Shown: in pieces, positions 26,603 to 36,722 of the stretch | How the letters are laid out: each line of letters opens with the position of its first letter | Numbering within the stretch: position 1 is the first letter of the stretch | NCBI GenBank assembly: GCA_963801665.1 | Contig: CAWDFL010000003.1 | Location: forward strand, 1,757,748-1,821,747 | Length of the DNA: 64,000 nucleotides | Source: an uncultured delta proteobacterium | GTDB taxonomy: Bacteria; Desulfobacterota; Binatia; Binatales; Binataceae | Reading direction: 5' to 3' | Position numbers and translations under genes: made by a program | Notes under the pieces: generated by a model | Seen by the model: only the letters and a program-made list of their open reading frames with translations | Told to the model about the DNA's origin: nothing | The model's database searches: none

Positions 26603-27281
26603 AACGAAAAATCGCAAACGAAAGCCTTTGGCGTCTCGCGCCGGTAACGGAACCAGGCGCGCGGTCGTCAGCGTGGCGGGCGACACGCCCCGGCGCTCCG
26701 CCGAGATCGAGCGCAAGACCCGCGAGACGCAGATCGCGCTCGCGCTAAAGCTCGACGGCTCGGGCCGCGGCGAGGTTTCGACCGGAGTTCCGTTCCTCGA
26801 CCACATGCTCGAGAGCTTTGCGCGCCACGGCTTCTTCGACCTCAAGATCGGCGCGCACGGCGATATCGAGATTGATGAGCATCACACGGTCGAGGACGTT
26901 GGGATCGTGCTCGGGCGCGCGTTTCGCCAGGCGCTTGGCGATCGCGCCGGAATCCGCCGCTTCGGCGAGGCGACCGTCCCCCTCGATGAGGCGCTGGTCA
27001 CCGCGGTGGTGGATATCAGCGGGCGCGCCTATCTGGGCTACGAGGTCACGATAACTCAGGAGCGGGTCGGCAATTTCCAGACCGAGCTGGTGCATGATTT
27101 CATGAAAGCGCTCAGCGACGAGACCGGGATGAACCTGCATCTGCGGATGCACTCCGGACGCAACCCGCATCATATCGTCGAGGCGACGTTCAAGGCTCTC
27201 GCGCGCGCGATGGACTCGGCGACCACGCTCGAGCCGCGAGTCGTCGGAGCGTTATCGACCAAGGGCACGCTCGCTTCCTGA
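26595..27281 (+). CDS. hisB: Imidazoleglycerol-phosphate dehydratase
   Basis: IGPD motifs RKTRETQI, DIEIDEHHTVEDVGIVLG, HHIVEATFKALARA; ATG overlaps the hisD stop by 8 nt. Confidence 0.9.
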   Translation: MAETKNRKRKPLASRAGNGTRRAVVSVAGDTPRRSAEIERKTRETQIALALKLDGSGRGEVSTGVPFLDHMLESFARHGFFDLKIGAHGDIEIDEHHTVEDVGIVLGRAFRQALGDRAGIRRFGEATVPLDEALVTAVVDISGRAYLGYEVTITQERVGNFQTELVHDFMKALSDETGMNLHLRMHSGRNPHHIVEATFKALARAMDSATTLEPRVVGALSTKGTLAS

Positions 27282-27284
27282 GCG

Positions 27285-28019
27285 ATGTTCGAGAAGTTCA
27301 CCGTAATTCCCGCGATCGATCTAAAGGGCGGCGAGGTTGTGCGCCTGCTGCGCGGCGATATGGCGCGCGCGACGGTGTATGGCGCCGATCCGGCGGCGGT
27401 GGCGCGCAAGTTTGAGGAGCAGGGCGCCGAGCTGATTCATATCGTCGATCTCGACGGCGCAGTCGCCGGAGCGCCGCGCAACCTGCCCGCGATCGAGCGG
27501 ATCCGCGCGGCCGTAAAATGCGCGATCGACGTGAGCGGAGGGCTGCGCACCATCGAATCGGTGCGCGCCGCGATCTCGTCCGGCGCCGACCGCGTGTCGA
27601 TCGGCTCCGCCGCATTTCTCAACCCCGATCTGGTGCGCAACGCGTGCGCGGAGTTTCCCGGACGCATCTTCGGCTCGCTCGATATCCGCGATGGCAAGCT
27701 GGCGATCAAGGGATGGGTCGAGACGAGCGAACTCACCGTCGAGCGCGCCTGCGCAGTCTTCAAGGACGCGGGCGTGTCGGCCCTGACGGTCACCGATATC
27801 GCGCGTGACGGCGCAGAGACCGGCGTCGACACGGTCAAAATGGCCGCGCTAGCCCACCGAGCAGGACTACCCGTCATCGCCTCGGGGGGAGTCGCCTCTC
27901 TGGCAGACCTGCGAGGGCTGGCCGATCGCTTCAGCGACGGCATGGTTGGAGCAATTGTCGGTCGAGCACTCTATGAAGGGCGCTTCGACCTGCGCTCCGC
28001 GCTCGCTATTTCCCGCTAA
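27285..28019 (+). CDS. hisA: ProFAR isomerase (HisA)
   Basis: VIPAIDLKGGEVVRLLRGD and VDLDGA motifs of the HisA TIM barrel. Confidence 0.85.
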   Translation: MFEKFTVIPAIDLKGGEVVRLLRGDMARATVYGADPAAVARKFEEQGAELIHIVDLDGAVAGAPRNLPAIERIRAAVKCAIDVSGGLRTIESVRAAISSGADRVSIGSAAFLNPDLVRNACAEFPGRIFGSLDIRDGKLAIKGWVETSELTVERACAVFKDAGVSALTVTDIARDGAETGVDTVKMAALAHRAGLPVIASGGVASLADLRGLADRFSDGMVGAIVGRALYEGRFDLRSALAISR

Positions 28020-28392
28020 ATTTCTGCTTCGAGCGCCCGCCTCGGGCTTATAGCCTCGAATCGCATTTTTTTGCGGTCCAGAACTCAAAATCTTTATTAT
28101 ATTCAACTATTTAAGGCACATCGGCGAGTTGTGGGCCGGCCGATTGTTCATAAATCGATCACGCTAATAAGGTCGTCTTAACTGTCTCTGAAGGTTACAG
28201 GACTGTAAAACATATAAGTAAATTATTGACATATCTCTGAGAGTCTTAGAATATATTTACGCATTCAAGAGGAGTTTAGCACCAATAACACGTTAGTAAG
28301 GTCTCCATATCGACCAAAACGCTGGATTAACTTCGCTCGGATAGCATGGGATATACGAAGCGGAAATCGTAGGGACCGGGAGCGCAACCGTG

Positions 28393-28563
28393 ATGGATCT
28401 CATTAGAAGCCTCTATGTTCGAATTTCTGAGAGACCCCGAGGGCAGACGATGAGCGAATACGCCCTGATCGTGGCGGTACTTTCGATCGTAGCTTTCGGA
28501 AGCGTCAAATCGATAGGCAGCACGCTGCACGGCTTGATCAGCAGTGTGGAGGCGTTGCTCTAG
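28393..28563 (+). CDS. flp: Flp/Fap family type IVb pilin (56 aa; below the ORF-track length cutoff)
   Basis: MDLIRSLYVRISERPRG/QTMSEYALIVAVLSIVAF fits the Flp processing motif G-x-T-x-x-EY plus hydrophobic stretch; GGGAG RBS 10 nt upstream; sits in an AT-rich 370-bp leader with a perfect TTGACA -35. Confidence 0.6.
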   Translation: MDLIRSLYVRISERPRGQTMSEYALIVAVLSIVAFGSVKSIGSTLHGLISSVEALL

Positions 28564-28565
28564 AA

Positions 28566-29591
28566 CTACCGCATGACCGAGAATCTTATCGGTCGCAGCC
28601 TGACGGACGGATTCGCGCACATCGGCGGCTTCTTTCCGTTAAAAACCGCGAGAATATTTTCGACCGCCAGCGCAGCCATCCTTTGGCGCGCGGCATAGCT
28701 CGCGCTTCCGATATGGGGCGTGATCACCACGTTTTCCAGCCGCAGCAGAGGATCGTCGCGGCGGATCGGTTCGGGATCGGTCACGTCGATACCCGCACCG
28801 CCCAGATGGCCTGATTTCAGCGCGGGCGCCAGCGCGCGCTGATCGACAACACCTCCGCGCGCGGTGTTGATCAGGATCGCGCCACGCTTCATCCGGCGAA
28901 ATTCCGGCGCGCCCATCAGATGGCGCGTCGCCGCGGTGAGCGGAACGTGCAGCGACACGAAGTCCGACTCCGCGAGCAGCCGACTCATTGTGACGCGCCT
29001 CGCGCCTCCGTCCGGCTTCTCTCCGCGCGTGCGCGAGGATGGCGCTCGCGTGACGTAGAGCACGCGCATCTGGAAGCCCGCCGCGCGCCGGGCTACCGCA
29101 CGTCCGATAGCGCCCCATCCGACGATCCCGAGCGTAGCGCCAAAGACCTCCGGTCCGAGCAGCACGCGCGGTCCCCACGTCTTCCACTTTCCAGCGCGAA
29201 CCTGCCGGTCACCTTCGGCGATACGCCTCGCCGCCGCGAGCATCAGGGCGAACGCGAGGTCCGCGGTCGCCTCGGTCAATACGCCGGGAGTATGGCCGAC
29301 CGCGATCCCCGCGCGCGTGGCGGCCTCAAGATCGATATTGTCCAGTCCGACCGCCAGGTTGCTGACGACTCGCAGCCGCGGCGACGCGGCAAGGAGCGCG
29401 GCGTCGATTCGGTCGGTCACCGTCGTGAGCGCTCCGTCCGCCTCGCGAATCCGGCGGCGGAGCTCGGCGTACGGCGGCGGCATCGGATGAGGCCACAGGT
29501 CGACCCGCGCGTTACGCCGCAAGGCGGCGAGCGCTTCCGGCGCGATCGCTCGGGTAACGAAGACCTTGGGGCGGCGGTGTTTAATCATCAT
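28566..29591 (-). CDS. D-isomer-specific 2-hydroxyacid dehydrogenase (glyoxylate/hydroxypyruvate reductase-like)
   Basis: NAD-binding GIVGWGAIGRAVARR, catalytic His in VITPHIGSAS; stop 3 nt after the convergent flp stop. Confidence 0.85.
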   Translation of the reverse strand: MMIKHRRPKVFVTRAIAPEALAALRRNARVDLWPHPMPPPYAELRRRIREADGALTTVTDRIDAALLAASPRLRVVSNLAVGLDNIDLEAATRAGIAVGHTPGVLTEATADLAFALMLAAARRIAEGDRQVRAGKWKTWGPRVLLGPEVFGATLGIVGWGAIGRAVARRAAGFQMRVLYVTRAPSSRTRGEKPDGGARRVTMSRLLAESDFVSLHVPLTAATRHLMGAPEFRRMKRGAILINTARGGVVDQRALAPALKSGHLGGAGIDVTDPEPIRRDDPLLRLENVVITPHIGSASYAARQRMAALAVENILAVFNGKKPPMCANPSVRLRPIRFSVMR

Positions 29592-29608
29592 TCGTTTTTC
29601 GCGAGACC

Positions 29609-31814
29609 GTGCACGGTTCAAAACGACGCGAAGCTTTGCTATACGCGACGGTTGTGAGTGACTCCACAGTATCGCAGATTATCGCGGACGCCTCGCGCGC
29701 GGGGCGTACCGCACTTTCGGAAATCGAAGCCAAACGGATAGTCGCCGGGCTCGGAATCAACGTCGCGATTCCCGTTGCCGCCGCTACCGCCGACGAGGCC
29801 GCCGCGATCGCGGCGCGGCGGGGTTTTCCGGCCGTGCTCAAGGTGCTCTCGCCGGACGTGAGCCACAAAAGCGAGGTCGGCGGCGTCGAGTTGGGTTTGA
29901 ATTCCGCCGACGAAGTGCGGGCGGCGTTTGCGCGGATCCAAAAGAATCTCGCCGCGAAGGCGCCCGGCGCAAAGTTCGAGGGCGTAGCGATCCAGCCGAT
30001 GGCGGCTGCGGGCGGCGTCGAGCTTCTCGCCGGAATCGTGCGCGACGATCGCTACGGCTCGACGATCATGGTCGGCCTCGGCGGAATTCTGGTCGAGGTG
30101 CTGAAAGACACCGCCGTAAGGCTCGCTCCGATAACCGGGCACGAGGCGCATACGATGCTCTCGGAGTTGCGCGGCGCCGCGCTACTCAGGGGAGTTCGCG
30201 GACGGCCTGCCGCCGATATCGAGGCGGTCGCCTCGATGCTGGTTGCGCTGTCGGAGTTCGCGGCGGCGCATCCTGAAGTTCGCGAGATGGATCTGAATCC
30301 CGTCGTCGCTTACGAACACGGCGTGACGGTGCTCGACGCGCGGGTGCTGCTCGGCGCGCCAGCGGCCGCGGCGATCGCGGATCCGCATCGCGCCGCGCGG
30401 CTCGAGAATCTCAAGCGTGCGTTCAATCCGCGCTCGGTTGTCGTGATCGGCGACAAGAAAGCCGGCGGCTACATGTGGCTGCGCGCGCTAGCGAATCTCA
30501 AGACCAAGCTTTATTCGGTTCAGATCGACCCGAACGAGATCGCGGGAATCGAAGCGATGGGGGTCGAGAATCACAAGAGCCTCTCTGAAATCAAGGAGCC
30601 GATCGACTATGCCGTCAGCGCCGTGCCCCGCCAGGTCGCTCCGCGAATCCTGCGCGACTGCGTCGCGAACAAGGTGGGTTCGATTGGATTTTTCACTTCG
30701 GGATTTTCCGAGACCAGCGAGGAGCTGGGAATCCGGCTCGAAGCCGAGTTGCGCGAGATCGCGCTCGGCTCCGAAATCGCGCTGGTTGGCCCCAACTGCA
30801 TGGGACTCGCGAATCCGTCGATCGGGATGCGCAATTATCCCGACGGCAAAGTCGGCGAGCCCGGCGACGTCTCGCTTCATCTCGCAGAGCGGCACGCACA
30901 CGATAAATTTCTGCGTGCAGGCGGCGGCGCACGGCGTCCGCGTCAACCTGGCGGCGTCGATCGGCAATGTGCTGGTGCTCGAAGCGGCCGACTATATCGA
31001 CCTGATGGCCGCCGATCCGTCCACCAAGGTTATCGGGATGTATATCGAAGGCGTGCGCGACGGCCGCCGCTTCTTCGAGAGCCTGCGCGCGGCGGCGGCA
31101 CGCCATCCGGTCGTGGTATGGAAGGGCGGCGCGACCGAGGCGGGTGCGCGCGCGACGTTTTCGCATACCGGGTCGCTGGCGACGCCGCGGGCGCTGTGGA
31201 GCGCGCTGGTCCGGCAGGCGGGCGCGGTCGAGGTCGGCTCGCTCGACGCGATGCTCGACGCGGTCGAGCTGCTCTCGCGCGGGCGCAAGGTCACGGGCCG
31301 TGCGATGGGACTGGTCGCGATGACGGGCGGGCAATCGGTAGTCGTGACGGACACGTTCGCCGCCGCTGGGCTCGAGATTCCCGCGCTGTCGGACGCGTCA
31401 TACGACGAGCTGAAAACATTCTTCAACGTGATCGGCGGCAGCTACCGCAATCCGCTCGATGCGGGCGGAACGATTGGCTCGGGAGTGCATCCGGGCGGAC
31501 TCGATCGAATCCTCGCGATTCTCGATCGCGATCCGGCGATCGATTCTATCGTGCTCGAAGTCGGCACCGGCTTTCGTGCCGCCCGGTGGGCCACGCATGA
31601 AGACGAAATCACGACGCTGCTCGACAAGCTCAGCGAGTTCGCCACGAAGTCGAGCAAGCCCTTCGCGCTGATACTGCATCCCGCGCACCTCGAGGCGCTC
31701 GTGGCGCGCGGCAAGGAACTCGCGCGCCAGCGCGGCCTGGTAGTCTTCGACAGCTTCGAGCGCGCCGCCGCCGCCTTCGCCACCGCATCGGCGTATTGGC
31801 AAGCGCATCGCTGA
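29609..31814 (+). pseudogene. NDP-forming acyl-CoA synthetase (ATP-grasp plus CoA-binding/ligase domains), split by a +1 frameshift near 30875 (authentic pseudogene or single-base sequencing error)
   Basis: Frame 1 (29609..30880) carries the ATP-grasp and start of the CoA-binding domain and ends ...GEPGDVS; frame +1 (ORF 30609..31814) continues FISQSGTHTINFCVQAAAHG... to the C-terminus; removing one c in tcgcttc joins GDVS-FISQSG. Confidence 0.6.
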
Positions 31815-31864
31815 GCGCTAACCGCCGCGTACTTCGTGTTGCACTGTTGCAGGCCTTTCGACGG

Positions 31865-31990
31865 CGAGCGCGTCGCGACGCGTCCCTACGAATAAATCTT
31901 CTTCGTAGGGGCGGCTCGGGAGCCGCCCGTCTTTCGCGCTGCCTGTCATCCTGAACCAGCGTCGAAGGATCTCCGCGAAGCGAGATCGAT
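31865..31990. repeat. Partial copy of the MITE-like repeat family seen at 35333..35860
   Basis: shares gacgcgtcgcgacgcgtc, cttcgtaggggcggctcgggagccgcccgtctttcgcg and ctgtcatcctgaac...cgaaggatctccgcgaagcga with the larger element. Confidence 0.45.
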
Positions 31991-32018
31991 CGGCTGTATT
32001 TCACTGGCCGGCTCTGCG

Positions 32019-33401
32019 CTACGCGGGCGGCACGACGACCGTCAGTGCGGCGTGAGTGGCGTCGCCGTCGACGATTGCTAGCCATTTCCCTTTCGGCGAC
32101 CAACTCAGCTCGGCGACGCCGCGCGCCTGTCCGTATGCGATTTGAAACGCGTTCTGCGCGTGCGTCGTGTAGGTGATGATCTTGCGCAGCGCGAGCGGAC
32201 TCGCCGGCTGGAAAGTCTGGATCGCCGCGTGATCGATCGCCGTCGAATAGTCCATCGTGCTCGACGCGAGCATTGGCGCCACCGTATTGAATCCGAGCTG
32301 CTTGATATTTATTTCCGGCTCGTCCGGATCAAAGATCGCGAGCTCCGCCTCTACCGGATCGAACGGACGAGTCTCGACCCTCGTGAAAGTCAGTTTCTGA
32401 TTTCCCAACGCCAGCACCGCGCCGCCGGCCGTGTATCCGGCCGCTCCGCTCGCTACGGCGATGGTTTTGTCCTGCCCGTTTGCGATGAAGTGCTCGAACA
32501 CCCCCGCGCTATTGCTCGCCGGAATCGGCTGCACGTACAGGAACGAGCTTTCGTCCACCGGGTTCCATCCGAGCACCCGTACCGGAGCGTTCGCACGCAG
32601 GCGTGTGCAGGTGGAATGACGCCGATCGATCAGCGCAGGCGGAACGCCGTCGCCTCCCGCGCTGACCGCGTAGATTCCGAGCGGGCTCCAGCTAAGCGCG
32701 CCTAGTGTGCACGGCAGCTTCATCGGTGCGACGGAAGCCGGTCCTGTCACCACCAGGATTTGGAGCCCCTCCGACGCCTTCGGCGCCGGCAGCGGCGGCA
32801 ATCCGGCGTCGGCGGGATTGGGAGGCGGAGGAGCGGGCTGATTGACGCTGGGCCGCAGCACGATTGCGATCGAGTCGCTGTTGAGCCAACTGAGGCTTGC
32901 GAGATCGTAAACTCCGTCGAAGCTGGCGACTGGATGGCCGGGTCCGGTCGCGATCAGATCGCGAATTACGATATCGAGACGATTCTGTCCGGCCGCGGCG
33001 ACGGCGAACGCCAGCGACATTCCGTTCGGACTTGGCGCGAAATCCATCAGACGACCCGGCTCAGCCGATCCCTCGCCAGTCTCGGCGCCCAGCACGCGCG
33101 AAGTCTGCCAGTCAGAGCCGCCGAATCCGAGAATCATGACGTTGCCGTTTGCCGTACCGACGACGCCGATCTCGTTGCCGTTCTCAAGCCATATCGGCGG
33201 ATATCCCGCCATCGGCGCAAATCCTTGCGGCAGATCAACCTTGGCCACCACGTGGATGCCGGCGGTGATGTTCAAGGTCGCCGTCATGTCGGTCTGAGGC
33301 ACCAGTTGTTTTTTGGGCGCCTCTTTCGTGAAGAGCGAGCATCCGCCAGCGGACACGAGTACTGCGCAGATCAGGAGGAGGATTAGGAAGGACCTGTTCA
33401 T
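32019..33401 (-). CDS. Lipoprotein, probable beta-propeller (TolB/WD40-like)
   Basis: MNRSFLILLLICAVLVSAGGCS signal peptide and lipobox; Pro-rich linker; repeated beta-strand-rich segments. The ORF-track extension upstream of 33401 is antisense to sppA and was discarded. Confidence 0.7.
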   Translation of the reverse strand: MNRSFLILLLICAVLVSAGGCSLFTKEAPKKQLVPQTDMTATLNITAGIHVVAKVDLPQGFAPMAGYPPIWLENGNEIGVVGTANGNVMILGFGGSDWQTSRVLGAETGEGSAEPGRLMDFAPSPNGMSLAFAVAAAGQNRLDIVIRDLIATGPGHPVASFDGVYDLASLSWLNSDSIAIVLRPSVNQPAPPPPNPADAGLPPLPAPKASEGLQILVVTGPASVAPMKLPCTLGALSWSPLGIYAVSAGGDGVPPALIDRRHSTCTRLRANAPVRVLGWNPVDESSFLYVQPIPASNSAGVFEHFIANGQDKTIAVASGAAGYTAGGAVLALGNQKLTFTRVETRPFDPVEAELAIFDPDEPEINIKQLGFNTVAPMLASSTMDYSTAIDHAAIQTFQPASPLALRKIITYTTHAQNAFQIAYGQARGVAELSWSPKGKWLAIVDGDATHAALTVVVPPA

Positions 33402-33455
33402 TGAAAAACGGTAGTCTAGATTGCGCGGTGCCAAAAGGCGACCGTATAGGCACTC

Positions 33456-35276
33456 ATGAAAAAATCTTTCCTGAAAGACTTGTGGATAAGCCGCGAGCTC
33501 CGGATCGCGGTCGTGGTCGCGATCCTCTGCGCAGCCGGACCTTTCGCCTGTGCCGCCGGTGACTGGAAAATTGGCGTGACGCTGATCGTCGCGGCGGGCG
33601 CGGTCGTGGTGGCGTTCTGGTTGATTGTCGTGCGGCCGGCAAAGCTGCCGCGCGACGCGGTCGTGATCCTCGAGCTCGGCGGCGCGATTCGCGAAGACTC
33701 GCGCCGCTCGCTGCGCCAGCAACTTATCGGCGGCGGCGCGCTGAGCCTGCGTCATCTGCGCTACGGGCTCGAAGCGCTCGCGACTGACACGTCGGTGCGC
33801 GCGGTTATCGTTCATATAACGGGAACCGAAACCGGACTGGCGACAGCGCATGAACTTCATCGTCTGATTCGCGCGGTCAGCAAAAGCGGCAAGCGGGTCG
33901 TCGCGCTTCTGACTGGAGACGCACCCTCGGTCCGCGACTATCTGATCGCCGCGGGCGCGAACGAGATCGTCGCGAATCCGGACGTGATGCTCACGATGCT
34001 GGGCGTGGCGATGGGAAATCCTTTCGTGAAGGGCGCGCTCGAAAAAGCAGGGGTGCGCGCGCAGACGCTGCAATGGAAAGAATACAAGGGCGCGGGTGAG
34101 ATGTTCACGCGCGACGCGATGTCGCCGGAGGTGCGCGAAAGCCTGGACGCGATTATCGGCGACTGGATGCAAATTATCGCAGGCGCGATTTCGGATTCGC
34201 GCCGAATCCCGATCGATCGCGCGCGCGAGCTGGTGAGCTCGGGGTTTATCGGAATGAAAGCGGCGCGTGCGGCGGGACTGGTCGATGGCGACGGCTATAT
34301 CGAAGATCTGCGCGCGGGTTTCGATCCCGACGGCAAGCAAAAATGCTTCGTCAAGTTCTCGCGCTATCTGCGCCACGCCACCTACGTGCGCGAGCGCGGT
34401 AATCGGCCGCAAATCGCGCTTATTGTCGGTGCGGGTCCGGTGATTTCCGGGCAAGCGCGGCCGGGCGGCGAGTACATCTCGGGTGAAACGACCTCCGAGC
34501 TGTTCGAGAAAGCCTCGCGCGAGGAATCGGTGCGCGCGATCGTGTTCCGCGTCAACTCTCCCGGCGGATCCGCGGTCGGCTCCGACATGGTGTGGCGCGC
34601 GGTGCGTGAGGCGCAGGGACGCGGCAAGCCGGTTATCGTGTCGATGGGCGACGTGGCGGGCTCGGGCGGCTACTACGTTGCGATGGGGGCGGACGCGATC
34701 GTGGCTGAGCCGGCCGCGATCACGGGTTCGATCGGAGTGGTGTTTGCGAAATTCGATCTGTCGGCGATGCTCGCGCGGCTCGGCGTCCGGTTCGATTACG
34801 CCAAGAGCGACGCCCGCAGCGACGCGATGTCCTTTGCGCGTCCGATGAGCGACGACGAGCTTGGACAGATCAACACGGCGATCGGAGAAGTGTATGGCAA
34901 CTTCACCGGCAAAGTCGCCGAGGGCCGCCGCCTGGACGCCGAACAGGCCGAGGCGCTGGCCAAGGGACGCGTGTGGAGCGGAGTTGCCGCCAAGCAGCGG
35001 GGTCTGGTTGATGAATTGGGCGGGATGGCGCGAGCGATCGAGATCGCGCGCGAGCGTGCGCATATCCCCAAGGATCAAGCGCATCAGGTCGTCAAGTACG
35101 CGCCCAGCGAAGGGTTCCTGTCGCTATGGGGATACTTCATGCCGGCAGCGGCAACCTCGTGGAGCATTGATCTGATCGCGAGCGCGCTAGGAGTCCCGTC
35201 CAGATGGGCGCCGGCGATGGCTACGCTCCTGATCCGCGGCGGCGCTCTGCTGATCTGCCCATGGCTCGAGCGGTAG
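33456..35276 (+). CDS. sppA: Signal peptide peptidase A (protease IV, S49 family, two-domain 67K type)
   Basis: Tandem S49 ClpP-fold domains, N-terminal TM anchor, Ser/Lys dyad regions (GGSAVGSD...). Confidence 0.85.
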   Translation: MKKSFLKDLWISRELRIAVVVAILCAAGPFACAAGDWKIGVTLIVAAGAVVVAFWLIVVRPAKLPRDAVVILELGGAIREDSRRSLRQQLIGGGALSLRHLRYGLEALATDTSVRAVIVHITGTETGLATAHELHRLIRAVSKSGKRVVALLTGDAPSVRDYLIAAGANEIVANPDVMLTMLGVAMGNPFVKGALEKAGVRAQTLQWKEYKGAGEMFTRDAMSPEVRESLDAIIGDWMQIIAGAISDSRRIPIDRARELVSSGFIGMKAARAAGLVDGDGYIEDLRAGFDPDGKQKCFVKFSRYLRHATYVRERGNRPQIALIVGAGPVISGQARPGGEYISGETTSELFEKASREESVRAIVFRVNSPGGSAVGSDMVWRAVREAQGRGKPVIVSMGDVAGSGGYYVAMGADAIVAEPAAITGSIGVVFAKFDLSAMLARLGVRFDYAKSDARSDAMSFARPMSDDELGQINTAIGEVYGNFTGKVAEGRRLDAEQAEALAKGRVWSGVAAKQRGLVDELGGMARAIEIARERAHIPKDQAHQVVKYAPSEGFLSLWGYFMPAAATSWSIDLIASALGVPSRWAPAMATLLIRGGALLICPWLER

Positions 35277-35332
35277 GTCCGTCGCCTCCTGTCTGATCCC
35301 TCGCTCTGAGGAGCGTGTCGATAAATGCTGAG

Positions 35333-35860
35333 TTCCTGTCCGTCATCCTGAACGAAGTGAAGGATCTCCGCGAAGCGATTAGTGCGCAAAGCCCGGATTG
35401 GTTGCACTAATCGCTTCGCGGAGATCCTTCGCCTGCGGCTCAGACCTTCACGAGTCCTTCGGACCCGCCACGCGGGACGAAAGTTAGCGTATAGCAACAG
35501 GCTGCGCGAAAGACGGGCGGCTCGCGAGCCGCCCCTACGAAGACTTGTGCGGCTGTCATTCCCGCGCGTGGCTGCCGCGCGAGGAATCCCGGGCGAAGGG
35601 TTGCTGCATGTGGTGTTGGCGTCGAGCATGGCCGCTTCGGGATTTCTCGCGCAGCGCTCGAAATGACACCCGGGGCGTGGCCGAGATACGATTCGCATCG
35701 CTCCACCGAGTTTCATGGCAGGATGACGGACAGGCTCGGCCGTGTTGATCAATGATGCGCGAAAGGCGAGCGGCTCCCACGAAGAAGATCCGATTCGGAT
35801 CGAGCGAATGAATTCTCGATTTTGTAGGACGCGTCGCGACGCGTGGGTCAGGATGCTGTT
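35333..35860. repeat. Dense cluster of nested inverted repeats (MITE/REP-like) with terminal inverted repeats cctgtccgtcatcctg ... caggatgacggacagg
   Basis: TIRs at 35337 and 35722; internal palindromes gaaggatctccgcgaagcgattagtgc/gcactaatcgcttcgcggagatccttc, gggcggctcgcgagccgccc, gtcattcccgcg.../...cgaaatgac; modules shared with 31865..31990 and 8121..8225. Confidence 0.55.
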
Positions 35861-35876
35861 CTGCGCGCTTCTTGGT

Positions 35877-36674
35877 TCAGCGCACGGCGGACTCTTCCTG
35901 CTGCATCGCGGCGTGAATCTTTCCGTTCGAGGCCACGATATTTGCGCCGCTGATATCGAGCGGGCTGCCGTCCATGTTCGCTACGCTGCCGCCCGCTTCC
36001 TCGATCAAGAGCGCACCCGCGGCGACATCCCACGCCTTGAGGCCGAACTCCCAGAATCCGTCCGTGCGTCCGCTGGCGACGTTGGCCAGATCGAGCGCGG
36101 CCGCGCCCGTGCGCCGCACGCCGTGCGAGCACATCATGAAGGCTTCCCAAAACGCGAGATAGAAGCGGCGGCGCTCGCGGCGGTCGTAGGGAAAGCCGGT
36201 CGCGAGCAACGCGGAGCCGATGACCGGAGTCGCGCTCACCCTGATTGGCTTGCCATTAAGCTTCGCGCCGCGTCCGCGTTGCGCGGTGAAACATTCCTTG
36301 TGCAGCGCGTCGTAAATAACGCCGAAGCGGGTTTCTCCGCGGCGTTGGTATGCGATCGACACGCAGAACTGCGGGAACGCATGCGCAAAGTTGGTGGTGC
36401 CGTCGAGCGGGTCGACAATCCATCGATGATCGCTCTGATGCGCGCTGGCGCCGCTTTCCTCGGCCAGGATCGCGTGAGTAGGAAACGCGCGATGGATCAG
36501 CTCGATCACCGCCGCTTCGGATTCTCGATCGGCCTCGGTGACCAGATCGATCGAGTTGGATTTGCGGTCGATCGTGATGCGCGAGAGGCGCTTCAGATGA
36601 ATCTTTCCGGCGGCGCGCGCGGCGCGCATCGCGACTTGCTCGATTTCGGTTGGCACGGACTGAAGATAGTTCAC
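35877..36674 (-). CDS. suhB: Inositol monophosphatase family protein (SuhB-like)
   Basis: IMPase motifs WIVDPLDGTTNF and metal-binding Asp/Glu positions. Confidence 0.85.
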   Translation of the reverse strand: MNYLQSVPTEIEQVAMRAARAAGKIHLKRLSRITIDRKSNSIDLVTEADRESEAAVIELIHRAFPTHAILAEESGASAHQSDHRWIVDPLDGTTNFAHAFPQFCVSIAYQRRGETRFGVIYDALHKECFTAQRGRGAKLNGKPIRVSATPVIGSALLATGFPYDRRERRRFYLAFWEAFMMCSHGVRRTGAAALDLANVASGRTDGFWEFGLKAWDVAAGALLIEEAGGSVANMDGSPLDISGANIVASNGKIHAAMQQEESAVR

Positions 36675-36722
36675 CGCGCGCGGACATCAAAACGCGCGGC
36701 GCTGATCAATCGACAGGAACAG

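Noticed and set aside
33402-35084. N-terminal part of the 1021-aa minus-strand ORF 32019..35084
   Set aside because: Antisense to sppA; the true lipoprotein starts at ATG 33401 with a clean signal peptide
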